Source: Alloascoidea hylecoeti (taxonomy: Eukaryota). Taken from it: a stretch of DNA of 64,000 nucleotides. This document shows, piece by piece, positions 35,611-49,500 of the stretch. Below the pieces are notes generated by a model. The model did not search any database. It worked only from the letters and a program-made list of their open reading frames with translations, and had not been told where the DNA came from. Each line of letters begins with the position of its first letter. Within the stretch, counting starts at the first letter, position 1. The position numbers and the translations under genes are program-made. Location: assembly GCA_001600815.1 (NCBI GenBank), contig BCKZ01000004.1:496001-560000 (forward strand), written 5' to 3'.

Positions 35611-37587
35611 TTAAACAATATTCTGTCGTGAAACATTATTATTCGGATATCTAACTTCTTTTTCAGTAGTTGGTTTTCCTTCCCAATGAATAAAATCAGC
35701 GACCCTATGAGAATATAATGGAGGTGGGAATTGAACATCTTTTCTAAATATGGTTTTTTGAGTATGAAGCCATAAATTCTTAACTTGATAACTAGCATGA
35801 ACTTGAGTTGGGACTGCAAAAATTGTATCTAATTCTTCAAGTGTTAAATTTTTAGTTTCGGGCATAAATAACCAAAATAACCCCCATAATATGAAATTCC
35901 AAGCAGCATACCAACCAAAGGCACCTTGCGGTTTAAAAGCATCTAATAAAGATGGCCATGTAACTGATAATATAAAATTAAAGAACCAAGTGGTAGCTGT
36001 AGCCCAAGCCATACCTAAATCACGAATGTATAATGGAAACGCTTCTGCTGAATATGTAAAAGGAACTGGACCTTCACCACAAGCGAAAACAACTGCAAAC
36101 ATATAAATGCCAAAACTAATTAGACCAACTCTTGCTTGTTTATGCGTTTCTTGATCGATCCAAAAGGCAAACCCAGCAACAAGTAAGAAGATCCCCATTA
36201 ATGGAAAAGTAATTAATAATAATGTTCTTCTTCCAAGTCTATCAATTGTGAAAACAGCAGGTAATGCAAATACAAAACTAACCATACCAAAACCCCAAGA
36301 AGCAAGTAAAGCAGAAATTTCACTAAAACCAGATTGTATAAAAATACTTGAAGAATAATATGCAATAACATTAATACCACAAAATTGTTGACCAAACATA
36401 ACTAACCATGATGCTAAAGTTGCATTTCTATTTCTCATTATTGTAAACATTTCTAATATCCTATTTTTACCACTTTTTAAAGTATTTTCTTGTTCTAATA
36501 AAACAGATGTATAAAAGCAATCCCTAGCTGCTTGTAATGGAGAATTTCTTAATCTTAGTAAACTTTTAAAGGCATCCCTTTCTCTATTTTTAGAAATTAA
36601 CCATCTTGGTGATTCGGGACAAAAGAAAATTTGTGAACAAACAATAATTGCTGGCAATAAAGCAGAACCTAACATTAATCTCCAATTCAAACCTTGTATA
36701 TTATGTCTATCTTTAACATAATAAAAAGCTAATGATGAAACATAACCAAACATTATACCAAATGCTGTCCACATTTGCCACATCATAACTAGAGCACCAC
36801 GAATATTTGCAGGAGTACATTCAGCAGCATAAACAGGTATAGTTGCTGATTTAGGACCAATACCAAAACCAAGAAAAAAACGAGCAACAAATAAATGATA
36901 CCAAGTATTTGTAAAACCTTGCCAAAAGCAAGCCATTAATGAAATAAAACCAGTAATGAAAATAGTTCCTTTTCTTCCTAAAACTCGATTTAAAGGATCA
37001 GACATCCAACAACTAATACAACTGCAACATAGATAGGGAGCTGAGTTAACAAGACCTTGTAACCATCTATCACGACCACTGGTACTACCAATTCCCAAAT
37101 CTTTTGGATAGAATAAATTGGCACCATTTATAACAGTTTCATCCATACCTTGAACAGCTGCACCCATTGAACATACAATAACTAGCCAATATAATTGAAA
37201 TGGTTGTTTCCACTTATTATGAATTTCATCTCTTAAATAACCTTTATCTTCTTCATTTAAAAAATCCATTGATTCAAATGATCTGGAATCTCTTGCTAAA
37301 GCACCGCCTTTACGAAAATCATCAACATGATCCATTAAATCGTGATCTTTTGCAAATCTGGTTGCTAATTCCATAACTTCTTCTTCTGAGAATTGTTGTA
37401 AAATATTATCAATATCATCTCCTGTACCTGAAGCTTCCGTTATCCTTTTGATAGCAGTTTCTACTGATAACCCTTGTATATTGATATTATTATGATTGCT
37501 CCTAATAGATGATTCTGTTCGCTTTTCGGCTGAATTGTTCGTATTCGAAATGATCGAATTAGACGCTATTGATGATGTATCAGCCAT
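35611..37587 (-). CDS. MFS sugar-porter family transporter (polyol/myo-inositol/arabinose type)
   Basis: AAVQGMDET, LGRK, PVYAAE..P..IRG, PESPRWL, QQFCGIN, IDRLGRR, GEGPVPFTYSAE, PETK motifs. Confidence 0.9.
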   Translation of the reverse strand: MADTSSIASNSIISNTNNSAEKRTESSIRSNHNNINIQGLSVETAIKRITEASGTGDDIDNILQQFSEEEVMELATRFAKDHDLMDHVDDFRKGGALARDSRSFESMDFLNEEDKGYLRDEIHNKWKQPFQLYWLVIVCSMGAAVQGMDETVINGANLFYPKDLGIGSTSGRDRWLQGLVNSAPYLCCSCISCWMSDPLNRVLGRKGTIFITGFISLMACFWQGFTNTWYHLFVARFFLGFGIGPKSATIPVYAAECTPANIRGALVMMWQMWTAFGIMFGYVSSLAFYYVKDRHNIQGLNWRLMLGSALLPAIIVCSQIFFCPESPRWLISKNRERDAFKSLLRLRNSPLQAARDCFYTSVLLEQENTLKSGKNRILEMFTIMRNRNATLASWLVMFGQQFCGINVIAYYSSSIFIQSGFSEISALLASWGFGMVSFVFALPAVFTIDRLGRRTLLLITFPLMGIFLLVAGFAFWIDQETHKQARVGLISFGIYMFAVVFACGEGPVPFTYSAEAFPLYIRDLGMAWATATTWFFNFILSVTWPSLLDAFKPQGAFGWYAAWNFILWGLFWLFMPETKNLTLEELDTIFAVPTQVHASYQVKNLWLHTQKTIFRKDVQFPPPLYSHRVADFIHWEGKPTTEKEVRYPNNNVSRQNIV

Positions 37588-37784
37588 ATTTTTTAAATAT
37601 TATTAATAATAGCAATAAACAGCAAGTTCAAATATTTATATAATCAGTTCATTATAAGTTCAACATTACTCATGGTGAAATTTTCTTCATTGTATTATAG
37701 CTAGATAGTTTATATGGGGTTTTTGTAGTTGTCATAAAGCAGCACAGCGCATATTACGTCACAAAAATAATGCCTAAAATCAAG

Positions 37785-39098
37785 TTACAACCCACCAGCT
37801 TCCCGATACCAGCGAATACCTTTATCCAAACCTACAATGACGACTCCTTCGTTTTTATCTCCAACACTTTTGTTCCTGTAACCTTTGGGGATAAATTTAA
37901 CATCTAAAATAGCTTTGGTATCTTCATCATCTTCTTGATCTTCGTCTTCCAGATCATTGGGCGATATGCTAATTGTAGCTTCACGTTCTTTACTTGTAGT
38001 ATTCCAAATTCGTGCTTTTCCATCGTAACCACCACTAACTAAGAACTCCCCAGTAGAGTTAAAGTCAAGATTAAATATCCATCCTGTATGTGCAATACCA
38101 CCAATACCGGTTACTTTACCAGCAGAATGTGTAGGGATGCTCAATAATCCAATCAATTCTCCATATTTCACATCATATAAAGATATAGTACCTTTTGTAC
38201 CCATGTCTCTAGATATTGCAATTATTTTCCCTGATGGTTCAAAACGAACGCATCTCACTGTTTTAGAATTATCATCACCAGTTCCTGAATGTCCGTAAAA
38301 TGTATATAAACTTTTCCCATTATCAATATCTGAAACGTAAACATTACCATTATGATGACCTGTAGCCAGTAATCTACCAGATGGTGAAACGGCAACACAA
38401 GTTGCAAAAGAAACCTGTTTTGGAGGAATTGTCAAATATTTTTTAAATGATATATTTGTGTCATTTATCTTATCAGTGAGTAAATTTCCATATTCAAGAT
38501 TGTAAATATATGCTTTACCATCAACAGAAGTCAATACCAGTCTAAAAGAATTGGGAGCTAACCCTTGAGTCCAACATAAATTCCAAAATATCGTATTATT
38601 AAAGACATTGTTATTGTTTTCAATTGTCAACTCAACAACTGGATTATTTTCATCTTCAAATAATCTGTAAAATCTGACCTTCCCGGTAAATGAAACAGCA
38701 GCAACAATACAAAGATTAATTCCTTCGATAATCTCTTCTAAAACTGCTAAATGATGTAGTCCAGTTCTATCAACCATAACCTCTGTACTACTTTTCTTTG
38801 CCTCTTGTAATATTGATGTATCAATGCTATTTGGCCATAATCGTAGAGATCCATCGCCAGAAGCTGTTATGGTATAGTATTTTGAAACTCCAACGGCATA
38901 GATATCTGATTGATGAGCTATATTATTGTATGATAATCAGTTAATTTATGTAATTAATAATTCATTTGATTTTACTGCACACACCTTTACCAACCGTGAT
39001 AGTTGTTATGAATTGTTTACCCTAAAGTGAAGACAACTTGTTATTATAATATTGACATTAGGTGATATATTTATCTCAATGGGATATCTGCATACCAT
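37785..39098 (-). CDS. SKI8: WD40 protein Ski8/Rec14; exons 39098-39096 (ATG only), 39021-38985, 38917-37785
   Basis: Spliced M|GKQFITTITVGK|AHQSDIYAV..TITASGDG.LRLW matches the Ski8 N-terminus; C-terminal GIRWYREAGG. Confidence 0.9.
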
Positions 39099-40896
39099 TG
39101 CAATTGTCTTAACACTGGTGAATCCGAAGTTCTAGAAAATATGCTTCAAAATTTAATTACCCGGACTTATATGGAGGTAAGAGCGAATTATTCAAATCGC
39201 TTAATTCCCCAGAATTTTGACGAATATTTTGATTCATCTGGTTACGTGGACTTTATGACGTCAAACAGTTTCATGGTTGGTCTCAAGTTCTTTAATCCAT
39301 TATACTACATACCTTTTATGCCAATATATCCTTTCCTACTGTACCAATTACAACGTACCGTAATTAGTAGCTTATATAAATGAATTTAATTGTAAGTCTT
39401 CTCAGCTGAGTATATACATTTGAATGCTTACTGAAATGAAATATAAGCCATTTTATTTTATACTCTTTTATTTGTTATGAGATCCAAGATAAAACTGGAA
39501 TATATAATGTGTGTGAAGCAAACCATATCAAAATTATTACCCAATTCTTAATAAAGAATTAGTTAAAACACTATTACATTAATTTTAATTAAATTAATTC
39601 ATATAGAGTTTTGACCTCATTTTCCTCTTTATTTAATTTTATAATCCATTACTTCACACAAGTCTCGAAAGTAGAAAACAGAACACAAACATAAATGTTT
39701 TAGAACCTGAAATTTTGGGATCAATCAATTGCTTACATCTATTTGATGTATGTTAAAACTGATAACGACTGAACCACATATTTTACTTTACAATCCATCA
39801 AAATTCGGATATTCTTAAATATAAAAATATGTACTACATGGACAACAAGCACACTCGGTATATTTAAGAAGACCATACAACGTTATGTTTACATACAACC
39901 ATTGAATCATTCTTAGGAAAATCGAGGCTTACCATGGAATATGGAACCAGAAATTGCCGACTAGACTAAACTTTACACGCTCAGGATATTATTATATAAT
40001 TGATTTACTCGAAATTAGATTGCTGAATATACATGTATAATTATAGGCCTATATGTACCTGTCTCTACTTGCTTGCCGGTTTTTTTGAATGTGGTATTTG
40101 CATAATTGCAACGTTAGCTCTGGATCCCTTAAACTAATACGTTAATTAATAGTAGACATTTAATCTGAATATTATTCAATAGACATGGAAACATCAAATT
40201 AAGGAATATTGATAATATACTACCACCATCGACTAATTATGGAATTGGACTAAATTGAAATCAGAAATATCTAATAGGTACAATCAATGAATGGAAATCT
40301 GGAAAAAGATTGAAAACAATCGATCTGTAGAGTAAGAAATACGTTACGAACTGCTGGTGCTCTGTGGGTGCATGTTTGTTTGCACAAAGTGGCACCCACT
40401 ACGGTATCCTATTTACTAGCGCTAGCTAGTACTACGATATAGAAATGTTACACATCTTAACTAATTATTACACCAGTGATCCTAACAAGAAATGTTCTAT
40501 TTATAATTATAATTAATTATTTAAAATATATTACACAGCTTTGGGCTTATGCCACGCGATATCTTTATAATTACAAGAAATATTAATGTTATGTAAGCGT
40601 AATTAAGTGATGGTTAATGATGATCTATACTGGTAATCAAGTGAATAATGAAAACATAAATAAAGATGAAACAAACATGAGAATATTCAAATAATGCATA
40701 TGACACATCAGAGAAAAAAAGTAAGACTCAGTATACTAAAAGATTATTGTAATATTAGGTTTAATTATTCTGTTATAATTGTGTGGTTTTTTCAATTACA
40801 AGAAAAGTAAAAACAAAAGTTATGTGTTTTATGCTGGTAAAGTATTACAAAAAATGTTTGTTTGTAGAAAGGATTTCTAAAGATGATTAAAAGTGG

Positions 40897-43800
40897 CTAG
40901 TACATTAAAGATTGGGAAGGGTCATATTCATCATCACTACCATTGTTCTTTGGACCTTCACCACCACCATAATCAATCACGACCCTGCTTGATCCATTAC
41001 GAGAACCATACCTAGCTTCACGTCCTTTTCTGCTATTAAAGTGACGCCGTACGCCAACATAATTATGTATAGAGTCCTTATTATTTCCAGTAGGAGGGGG
41101 TGCTGGTCGATCCCTTCTTCCTGAGGTAGGATTAGTATCAGATGAGTACATAGCTGGTGATTGTTGAGAAGAATTTGGGCCATATGGTAAAGATTGAGAA
41201 TAAGATGGTGTTGTTTTATTTGCAGATTTAGAATTTTGTGTAATATTGTTTGAAGGAATCCCAGAATACATTTGCTGTTGCTTAGAAATATTCCTTGGGT
41301 AATTATTGGATACGTTGGAATTATTAGGATATGGAGAGTTTTGGACATTAACCATTGAGCGCGGCTTGCTAGGGGGAACAGTCATATTGGGCTTATACTG
41401 AGAATTAACATTATTCATTACATAATTCGATGTATTTGGAACATTATACCTGTTTTGATTCATTGTATTTTCATGATTTATATTTTGCTGTAGGTTACCA
41501 GAGGGGTATATCTGGTTGTTTGTGTTATGAAAAGTGTTATTCATCGAGTTCATTGGATTATTATTATTAAGTTGAAATGGATATAATGAACTATTCTGAT
41601 TCAAAGCATTTGATACATTCTGAAGATTCTGAATATTTTGAACATTCTGAAGATTTTGAATATTCTGAAGATTTTGAACATTCTGAAGATTTTGAACATT
41701 CTGAAGATTTTGCAAACTTGAAAGGTTTGATAAAATCGATAACGCAGCAAGATTTGTGTTATATTGTTGATTTTGAGAATTTGGATTAGTTAGACTTCGA
41801 GGTGAATTTGGATTGTAAGATGATAATGCTGAGTTAGAATCAAAAGAAGTATTTGGTTGACTGAAATTATATAATGCATTCGGTGGATTGGATTGGAAAG
41901 TTGGTAGGCTTTGCTTAGAATATTGGTCCAAGAGATTTATTTGAGAATTTAATGGGTATGAAGGATTGTCAGAATACATAGGTTGTAATGTTTTAGATGT
42001 ATCCGAAAATTTTGGAGGATAAGAACCCTGTTGTGTATCCAGCTTTTTGACCGGCAAATAAGGTGTGTATGAGGAATCCGGGGAGCTTGTTGTCGTAGAA
42101 CTATTGAAAGAATTATGTATATTATTGGGTTGTTTCTGCTTCTTTTTTGACTTTCTAGGAACAAAGGCTGATGGGGCAGTAGGTGGCTCCTTTTTCACCA
42201 AATTAGAAGCTATGGATCCTTTCTTTGTAAAAGTGTAGCAATTTCTTTTTCTGGAATCATCAATGAGTTCTGCCCATACCTCATTGTTTTCTAAACTCTT
42301 CGAGTTTCCAAGGATCCACAGCGAACATTTTGCTCTTGTTATCGCGACATTCATTCTTCTAACATCACTCAAAAACCCAACACTTTTGTAGCTCCCGCCA
42401 TTAGCTCGAACACATGATAATATGATAATTTCTTTTTCTTGACCTTGAAATCCATCCACCGTATTAAAATCAATGCAGTTAAAAATTTGCTCCCCATATT
42501 TGTTTTTAAATCTATCTCTCATAAAGCGAACCTGTTCTTTGTAAGGAGATATAATTCCGATTTTGCCTTTCCAATCAAGGTTTGGATATTCTTTGATCAA
42601 AGAGCCATATATTTCAATTGCACTATTAGCTTCTTCAGTATTGAACAACGACTTTGATTTCGATGATTGTGCATGTTTACTGACCACATCAAAAAACCTA
42701 TAAGGGCCAAGTAATTTATTAACATGCCATTTCCTTTCAGTAATCTCTGCCATATTAGGCCCATCTAATAATTTAGAATCATAAAATTTGTCGCTCGGGA
42801 ATTTAGATATGAAGGGATGCATACGATATTGAACATCCAATAAATATACGGATTGAGGGTTTCTTTTTTGCATCCGAACAAATAGACTTTGTTCATATTT
42901 AAAAGAAGCTGCTGCTTGCGATAAAACCGTTGGTGGTAATTGATTAGGATCACCTACCATTATGCAATTCTTGCATCCATAGCGCAATGGTATAATAGCT
43001 GACAATTCGATACATTGTGCAGCTTCATCAATAATAACAGTTTCAAAATGTAATCTCAAGTCTGCTAAAACACCATGCGCAGAACCAGAGAGGGTAGAAC
43101 AAATAATGTCTGCACCATTCAACAATTTCGACTGTATATTTCTTTTGTTCAGCTTCTTATTTCGATAAGAAATTGATATCCGCTCTCTTTGTTCATCAAG
43201 TTGTCTACCAAGTTCATTCTTCTTTTTAGTGGCATCATGTAATTCCAATTCTAATTTCTCAATATCTTCCACAGGTAGATTTTCAGAATCCAACCTCTCC
43301 CTAATGAAATTTAATTGCTGAAGAACAGTGTTGTGTGCTTCACGAATTGAAGGATCAGGCGTTAACGAAGAGTCGTCATCCTCCTCCTTTCCTAATTTGT
43401 CTTCTGTTAAAATTTCAAGTGTTACATTTCGTACACCCGGATTGATCGCATCAGGACGACCCAGTCTGATGATGCTGGGATTAAAATCCTGGCCTTGTGA
43501 ATTCTTTATTCCCTTTAGTAATCTGAGAACCAATTCATCTACCGCAGCATTACTTGGCGCACATACTAATATTTGTCTTTTACGCATTGTAGTGTTAACC
43601 TTTAAATTGTTATCATTCGAATTGATCACACCTTCTATCTTAACCTCAGGAGATGTGAGACAATGGCCAATCATACCTAGAATGGTTTTAGTTTTTCCTG
43701 TCCCTGGTGGACCTTGAATTAAAGAAAATCCAGGTTCATCCATAGATCCTAAAATTGCAGTTGATTGTGATCTGTTCAAATTATAAATGGAACTGATATT

Positions 43801-46800
43801 TGAAATACTTGATTCGGTAGGTTGTGCAGGGAGATTTGGCTGTCCTTTAATTATCTGTGGATATAAACCATAGTAAGGAAGTCCTTTTAATGAAGAATAT
43901 TCACGCTCAAGAGTGGTCATACTAAAAAAATAATTGTTAGTTAATTTAGCTTACATATAAGAGATAAAATAGTTACTTACTTCATGATTTTCAATACCAC
44001 TAGTCCGGATCCTTGAGATAGGTGATTAACTATTTCTGACTTACAATCAATTCTAAAAATTAAATCTGAGGAACCTCCTCCAGCAAGTTTAATGTCACGA
44101 ACCTTAGCTAAACTGCAAACCTTAGCTTGCTTTTGTAGTTCTTTACCAGAAACTGGAACATAAAACCGACTTTTTTGTTCACTGTCATCTTTTTTGTCTC
44201 CAGATAATTGCTTATTGGCCAATTCTTGTACCTCATCTTTTAAAACGGCCAAAACAACCAAATCTGAATCGCTTATACGCTCATCTCTCAGTACTTGCGT
44301 CTTAATAGAAGTATAAACATCAAAAAATTCATCAGCGGTCCCTCGATTACCAATAGTAACTTTAAAAGGTTTGTTATCTGTGTCTATTTCCTTTGATTGC
44401 ATGATGCCTTGCCAACATTCCAATAATAATAATGGACCAAAAACTTTTTGATAATCTTTACAGCTATCAAAAACATCTGCAACTTCGAGATAAGAAGGAG
44501 AATTTGATTCATCAGAAGAAGGAAACTCGCTTTTATTCAAATAATCCCATTTCAATATTGAAGAATATAACGGATTTAAACTAACATTTAATCTTTCCCT
44601 CATATTTCTTTCTTCTATTTCTCCTTCACTCATTCTTATTGACTTTCCATTATCTAATGCCTTGGAATCTATCATTTGAATTTTTTTTCGATTTTTGTTT
44701 TTACTTACTCCAAACAATTCATTTATGTCTTCTATTTCACTATCATCTTCTGATGAAGATCCTGGTGTCTGATTTGGAGTGTCATTTGCAAATCGTTTTA
44801 TTTTAGTTCTGGAACTAGGAACAAATGGTTGGGTTGTGGCTTTTCTTTTTAAAGATGGTTCCTTACTATCTCTACCGCTATTATAGCCATCTGAAAGAGT
44901 CGATGGTGATATCGGTCTCTCAAATTGAGTTGGTATTTTTAAATTATCTTCAATAACGGAATGATTTAATGTATTGACCTTTGAAATTATTTCATTGCAT
45001 TGCTGTGCTGTAAGTTTATTTTTGAAAAATTTACTTTTTTTAGAAAAATTCAACAACATCATTAATATTTTGGTACTAATAGATAAAGAATAAATATCAG
45101 CTTTATCTAAAATGGTAGTTATTACTTCCACGCATGAAGATAATAATAACTCGTCACCAAAGCGTAACCAATTAATTAAATTTGGAAATGCTTCAAAAAT
45201 ATCAGATATTAAAGATTCTGGAGTTTGTATATTTAATAAATTTATCCCTTCTTCAGTAAAATCTTCAATTACATTCAAAACTTTGATAAATGATGTTAAT
45301 CCATTTAACAACCTTATAGAAAGATCTAATGCATTTCGCATAAATTCAATCAACGAAGTGGAAGGATATAACTTGGTCCATTTTAAGATATCTGCAAAAA
45401 TGACATTTAAAAATCTCCAAGTGCGTTTCCAATATTTCCGTATTATATACCTTTCAGAGGTCGTTCTAATTTGAAAAGTATCAGGATTTGTTAAAATACC
45501 ACCAAATTGAGGATCAAGAAGTACAGTCACCATATCCATTTGAATTTTGATCAATTTTGGAAATGGACTAAACAACCTCATATTGAATGTTTTCTTTAAT
45601 GTTCTACTGAACGCTTTTAATGATATCTCAAACTTGTTAGATAAAAGTTCTTTCATACCTTCTAAACTTCCAGCAGCATCAAATGTTTGATAAAGTAAAT
45701 CTCTTGCTGTTTGTGAGATAAGTGATGAGCTAGAAGCCATACAAGCAAATAAAGCTTCTATTGTTTCCTCATTAGATAATAGTCCACTTAAAATATTAGG
45801 CGAAGATTCACTAATTTTAAGTAATACTTGATGTAAAGGGATGAGTAATTCATTAACATGTTTGTTAAATTGAACTGCATGAGTATGTTCAAGATTGATT
45901 TTTTCTTTTCCCAGTTCTTCTGTATGTTTATTATGATCTGTATCCTTTGAATTGTGGGCTTGATTTACTGGAGTTGAGACATTGTTAATACTTTCTGGAA
46001 CTGAGATTTCAGTGATGTTCATCACTTCAACAATAGATTCAAAAATAGCCCTTGAAAGTTCTTCATCATTTCTTATAGGTTGTTGTCTTAAAGAAAGTAA
46101 AATTTCTGGTTTGAACACAGTATATTTTGTTGATTTTCCTTGTTGTAATTGTATACAGTCGTTACATAAAGTTCTAACATCAATCTGTAGTACTTTCTTG
46201 ATTATACTTATAGCGGTTGTTCTATTTTCTTTTAAAATTGGAGAGTCGGCGCTTTTGTAGAGAGCGAAGCTAAAAACGGAATCATGGTATTTGTTTACAA
46301 CGTTTAACACATCAACTCGAAGCATACGATTTAGCTGGAGCCCATTATCGTTAAACCCAACATCATCCATACTTAACATTTTAGATGCTGCTTTGAGGAT
46401 ATATGACATAAGTGTATTAGAGATTGAAGAGGAAATTTGTGTTTCTGATGAAGCAGGGTCATAATCATCATCATCAGGAAGAATTGCAAATGCTGTATCT
46501 GAAATTGCAGCTACCGCTCTTTGTTGTTGCTGTTGAACGTCCTTTAAAGATGCAATAAAAGGTTCTATCCAATCTATGAAATCAAATGCAGATATCACTG
46601 GTTCTGGTTTTAAACCCTCATTTGTTGAGTCTGTAGTACTTTCAATTGGATCAACTGAGTCTGCGAAAGAGGTTAAATTACTTGAAAATTTGGAATTCTT
46701 TGACATTATTGTTTCATAAAATTGTGTTGGTTTCAGGGGGTTTAACCAGGGCCATATCTCTGTACCAAATGCTTCTAGAATATACTTGAAACCTTTCAAA

Positions 46801-47828
46801 ACAGCAGCATATGTGTCACTTTTACCTGGTATCAGAATTTGATTACACATCAATTTTAGTACATCAAAAACAGCAAATGTTGGTGGGTTTCTTGAGATAA
46901 AAGACATATCAAGTTTGCTTAGGATATCTATTATGACTCTATCCTCAACCACGTCCAATAACAATGACATATTCAGCCAAAAATGTTTTACTATCGATTG
47001 ATTTGCAATACATGGTGGTGATTGAATCCGTATTAATTGGTATTGAAATTCTTCTTGTAAACATATATCAAATTCTTCAGCGGTTACCTTTTTTTTTATA
47101 ACACCAAGTGAAAGTAAAGTCCATCTTCTAATTTCTGGAGACACTCCCTCCTCAAATAAAAATGACAGTAAAGCGGGTATTAAACCATCCGAAAGTTTTA
47201 AGAATTTATTATTTGTTTGTAATCCAAAAAATACTTTATAAAATTTATCGTGTAATGAATATCGAGTTTGTCCCTTCCGTAGAAGTTCAGGATCACATAA
47301 ACATTCATATAAAGCTAATGTTGAATGCTTTGGAATCATTGTCATTGTTATATTTTTACCATCTTTTTCACACTCCAGACATTTTTCAGCTGCTATAGCT
47401 ATAGCTGAGTTGATTCTATTTAGTTCCCAGTCACTTATTATGCCAGCAAACTGATTCACATGTTCTGGAGACATGCCTCTTTCATTTATACACCGTTTAA
47501 ATAAATGCACCTTACCAATATGATAAGGTCTGATACATTTATAACAAGTTGATAAGTTGTTATTTATTCGTACTTTAAACCTTTCTAGTGATTCCGAGCT
47601 TTCATAAGAAAACAGTAATAAAGCATATAAAGTGACAGGCCTAACATCGTCGTTACAGAATAGATGTATTTCTTTCGGCAACTCTGAAAGAACACTTACA
47701 CAAGAGCCTAGCACTTCCTCTTGCAAATTATCATCCTCTGGGTTTCTCTGGGATATCGCTACATTTTCCATCAAATCTGAGAGACGAGCTGATAGCTCAG
47801 GACTAAGGGATGTGGCCATATTTTTCAT
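40897..47828 (-). CDS. SEN1: Sen1 SF1B RNA/DNA helicase; single intron 43980-43922 joins the two listed ORFs
   Basis: Sen1 N-terminal domain (HLFC, LSTCYKCI); AA|GTAAGT..CTAAC..TAG|T joins in frame; QGPPGTGKT, IIDEAAQ, GDPNQLPP, QYRMHP, DGFQGQE, RRMNVAITRA. Confidence 0.93.
41614..41716. repeat. 9/18-bp coding tandem repeat giving [LVI]QN x11 in the Sen1 tail
   Basis: Repeated aacattctgaagattttg units. Confidence 0.85.
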
Positions 47829-47969
47829 ACGATGATCACTGAAAAGTTACAAGGGCTGGAGGGTTCAAATATATTGGATCGGGGTGTGTGGGTGTTGGAG
47901 AACCTTTTTTCTTTTTTATCCGGTATGTTAATTACACACCGTGATTCAACTTAATTGCAGCCATCTTTT

Positions 47970-49500
47970 AAGCTAAATCCATAATATATGTAGCGGCATC
48001 TCTCTGCCTGATTTTGAACATTAGAAAGATATAAATGGAGCTGATGAAGCACATTAGATCAATCACAGGGTATTACGTTCCAAAAAGAAAACAAAAGTAA
48101 ATAAAAATTACCCTTAGCACTTCTATGCTCATCCATAGTTAATAAACCCGATGCACATTCAATTGGTTTAACAAAGAAGATGCTTGGCCCAATTGCTTTT
48201 CCCTAGTTACAATTAGCTAGAAAATATTTAACAATTTCTTCTTGATAGAAAATGGAAATAATTATCTGAGTGTGCGTAGTAATCCCACTAGGTTGATATA
48301 TCAATTCATTAAATTTGCTTCTAATAGTATTGAAATATATGTTCTGTATTTGTTTAATTTAATTTTAAGATAGTTTTTTAGGGGTATTTGTGATTTGTTA
48401 TTTGATCAAGAATATTGAGGTCAAGATATTCAAATTGGTAATCTTCATGCTAATCGAATAGTGGTTTCCGCCACTTTCTATAGTAACCAGTTGTAACACT
48501 AGTAATCAGCAAAGAACTAAAGTTGTTCCTACTGTTGGTTAAACTCCTGTCTCGGCACATAGAAACGACACTTTTATTGCTGCTCCTGAGCACGGAATTG
48601 GTATGTGTATGGATGTTCTTGAGCCAAAAAAAGTATACTAATGAAGAAAGCTTAGCTATTGCCTGGCGCATAAATCATATTGCGTGTGTTTCTGATGATA
48701 TACAAATATCATAAAATAAAATGATCAGCCATAATAAATGTATATTTAAACCTTTACCTTTTCAATATCTGGAAAACATGAAGAAATAACTAATTGGTAT
48801 ATTAGCTCTGAGAGAAGAAATTCGATGTAAAATTTATATATATTCCTCAGATAGATTTATATTATTTTGACTCTATGAGTCTTCGAATGTGAAGGATCAG
48901 AAAATCTCATCCTATTGGTCCTCATTCTTCCGTTACAGACAGCCATGGGCTTTGCTTTGCTGCCGTGTTCTGGGGCCATTCGCCCCCAGGAAGATATTCT
49001 ATGGCATTGGGTTAGTAGTATTAGTATGTACGTATACCACTATATTTATATTAAATAAAAACACCTTAAATTTATTTGAGGAGCTTCATTTGTAATTGTA
49101 GTATGGTGGGGAACAACTAAATTGTCCTTGAATATATGGACTTAAGCTTTCCTCGACACACTCTTTTGAATGGCCCACGACCAATCCCCAACAGCATCAA
49201 ATGACTTTTTAAAGATGACCACAGATATATAAATGGCAAATATAATTTCTGTGGTTCTTATTTTACTTCTATCAGATTGTGTTAAGTTATTTATCATGAT
49301 TGTGTTTAGGTACTTGATCGAAGCTCAAACCACAATGGTATACCTGATGATATTTTGGTAGCAAGTCGGATGACATACAGGCCTAGATATACGCTACTGT
49401 CTTATTCCATTCTCCTATAGGGATTCCAAATTTTAAAGCAGTCAATGCCCAAACTTCAGTATTTTACCGGGTAGAAAACGACCACTATTAAAAGATATTT
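47970..49500 (-). mobile_element. Highly decayed non-LTR (LINE-like) reverse transcriptase fragments, probably two pieces
   Basis: 48241-48059: EEIVKYF..*GKAIGP...IPCD*. 49415-49030: GEW, HCG/RSST, LIE..LYLPFI, FKKSFDAV and SGIR in correct RT order, broken by stops and frameshifts. Confidence 0.5.

Noticed and set aside
43921..43980. Apparent split of SEN1 into two genes
   Set aside because: Explained by a canonical 59-nt intron that joins the two ORFs in frame
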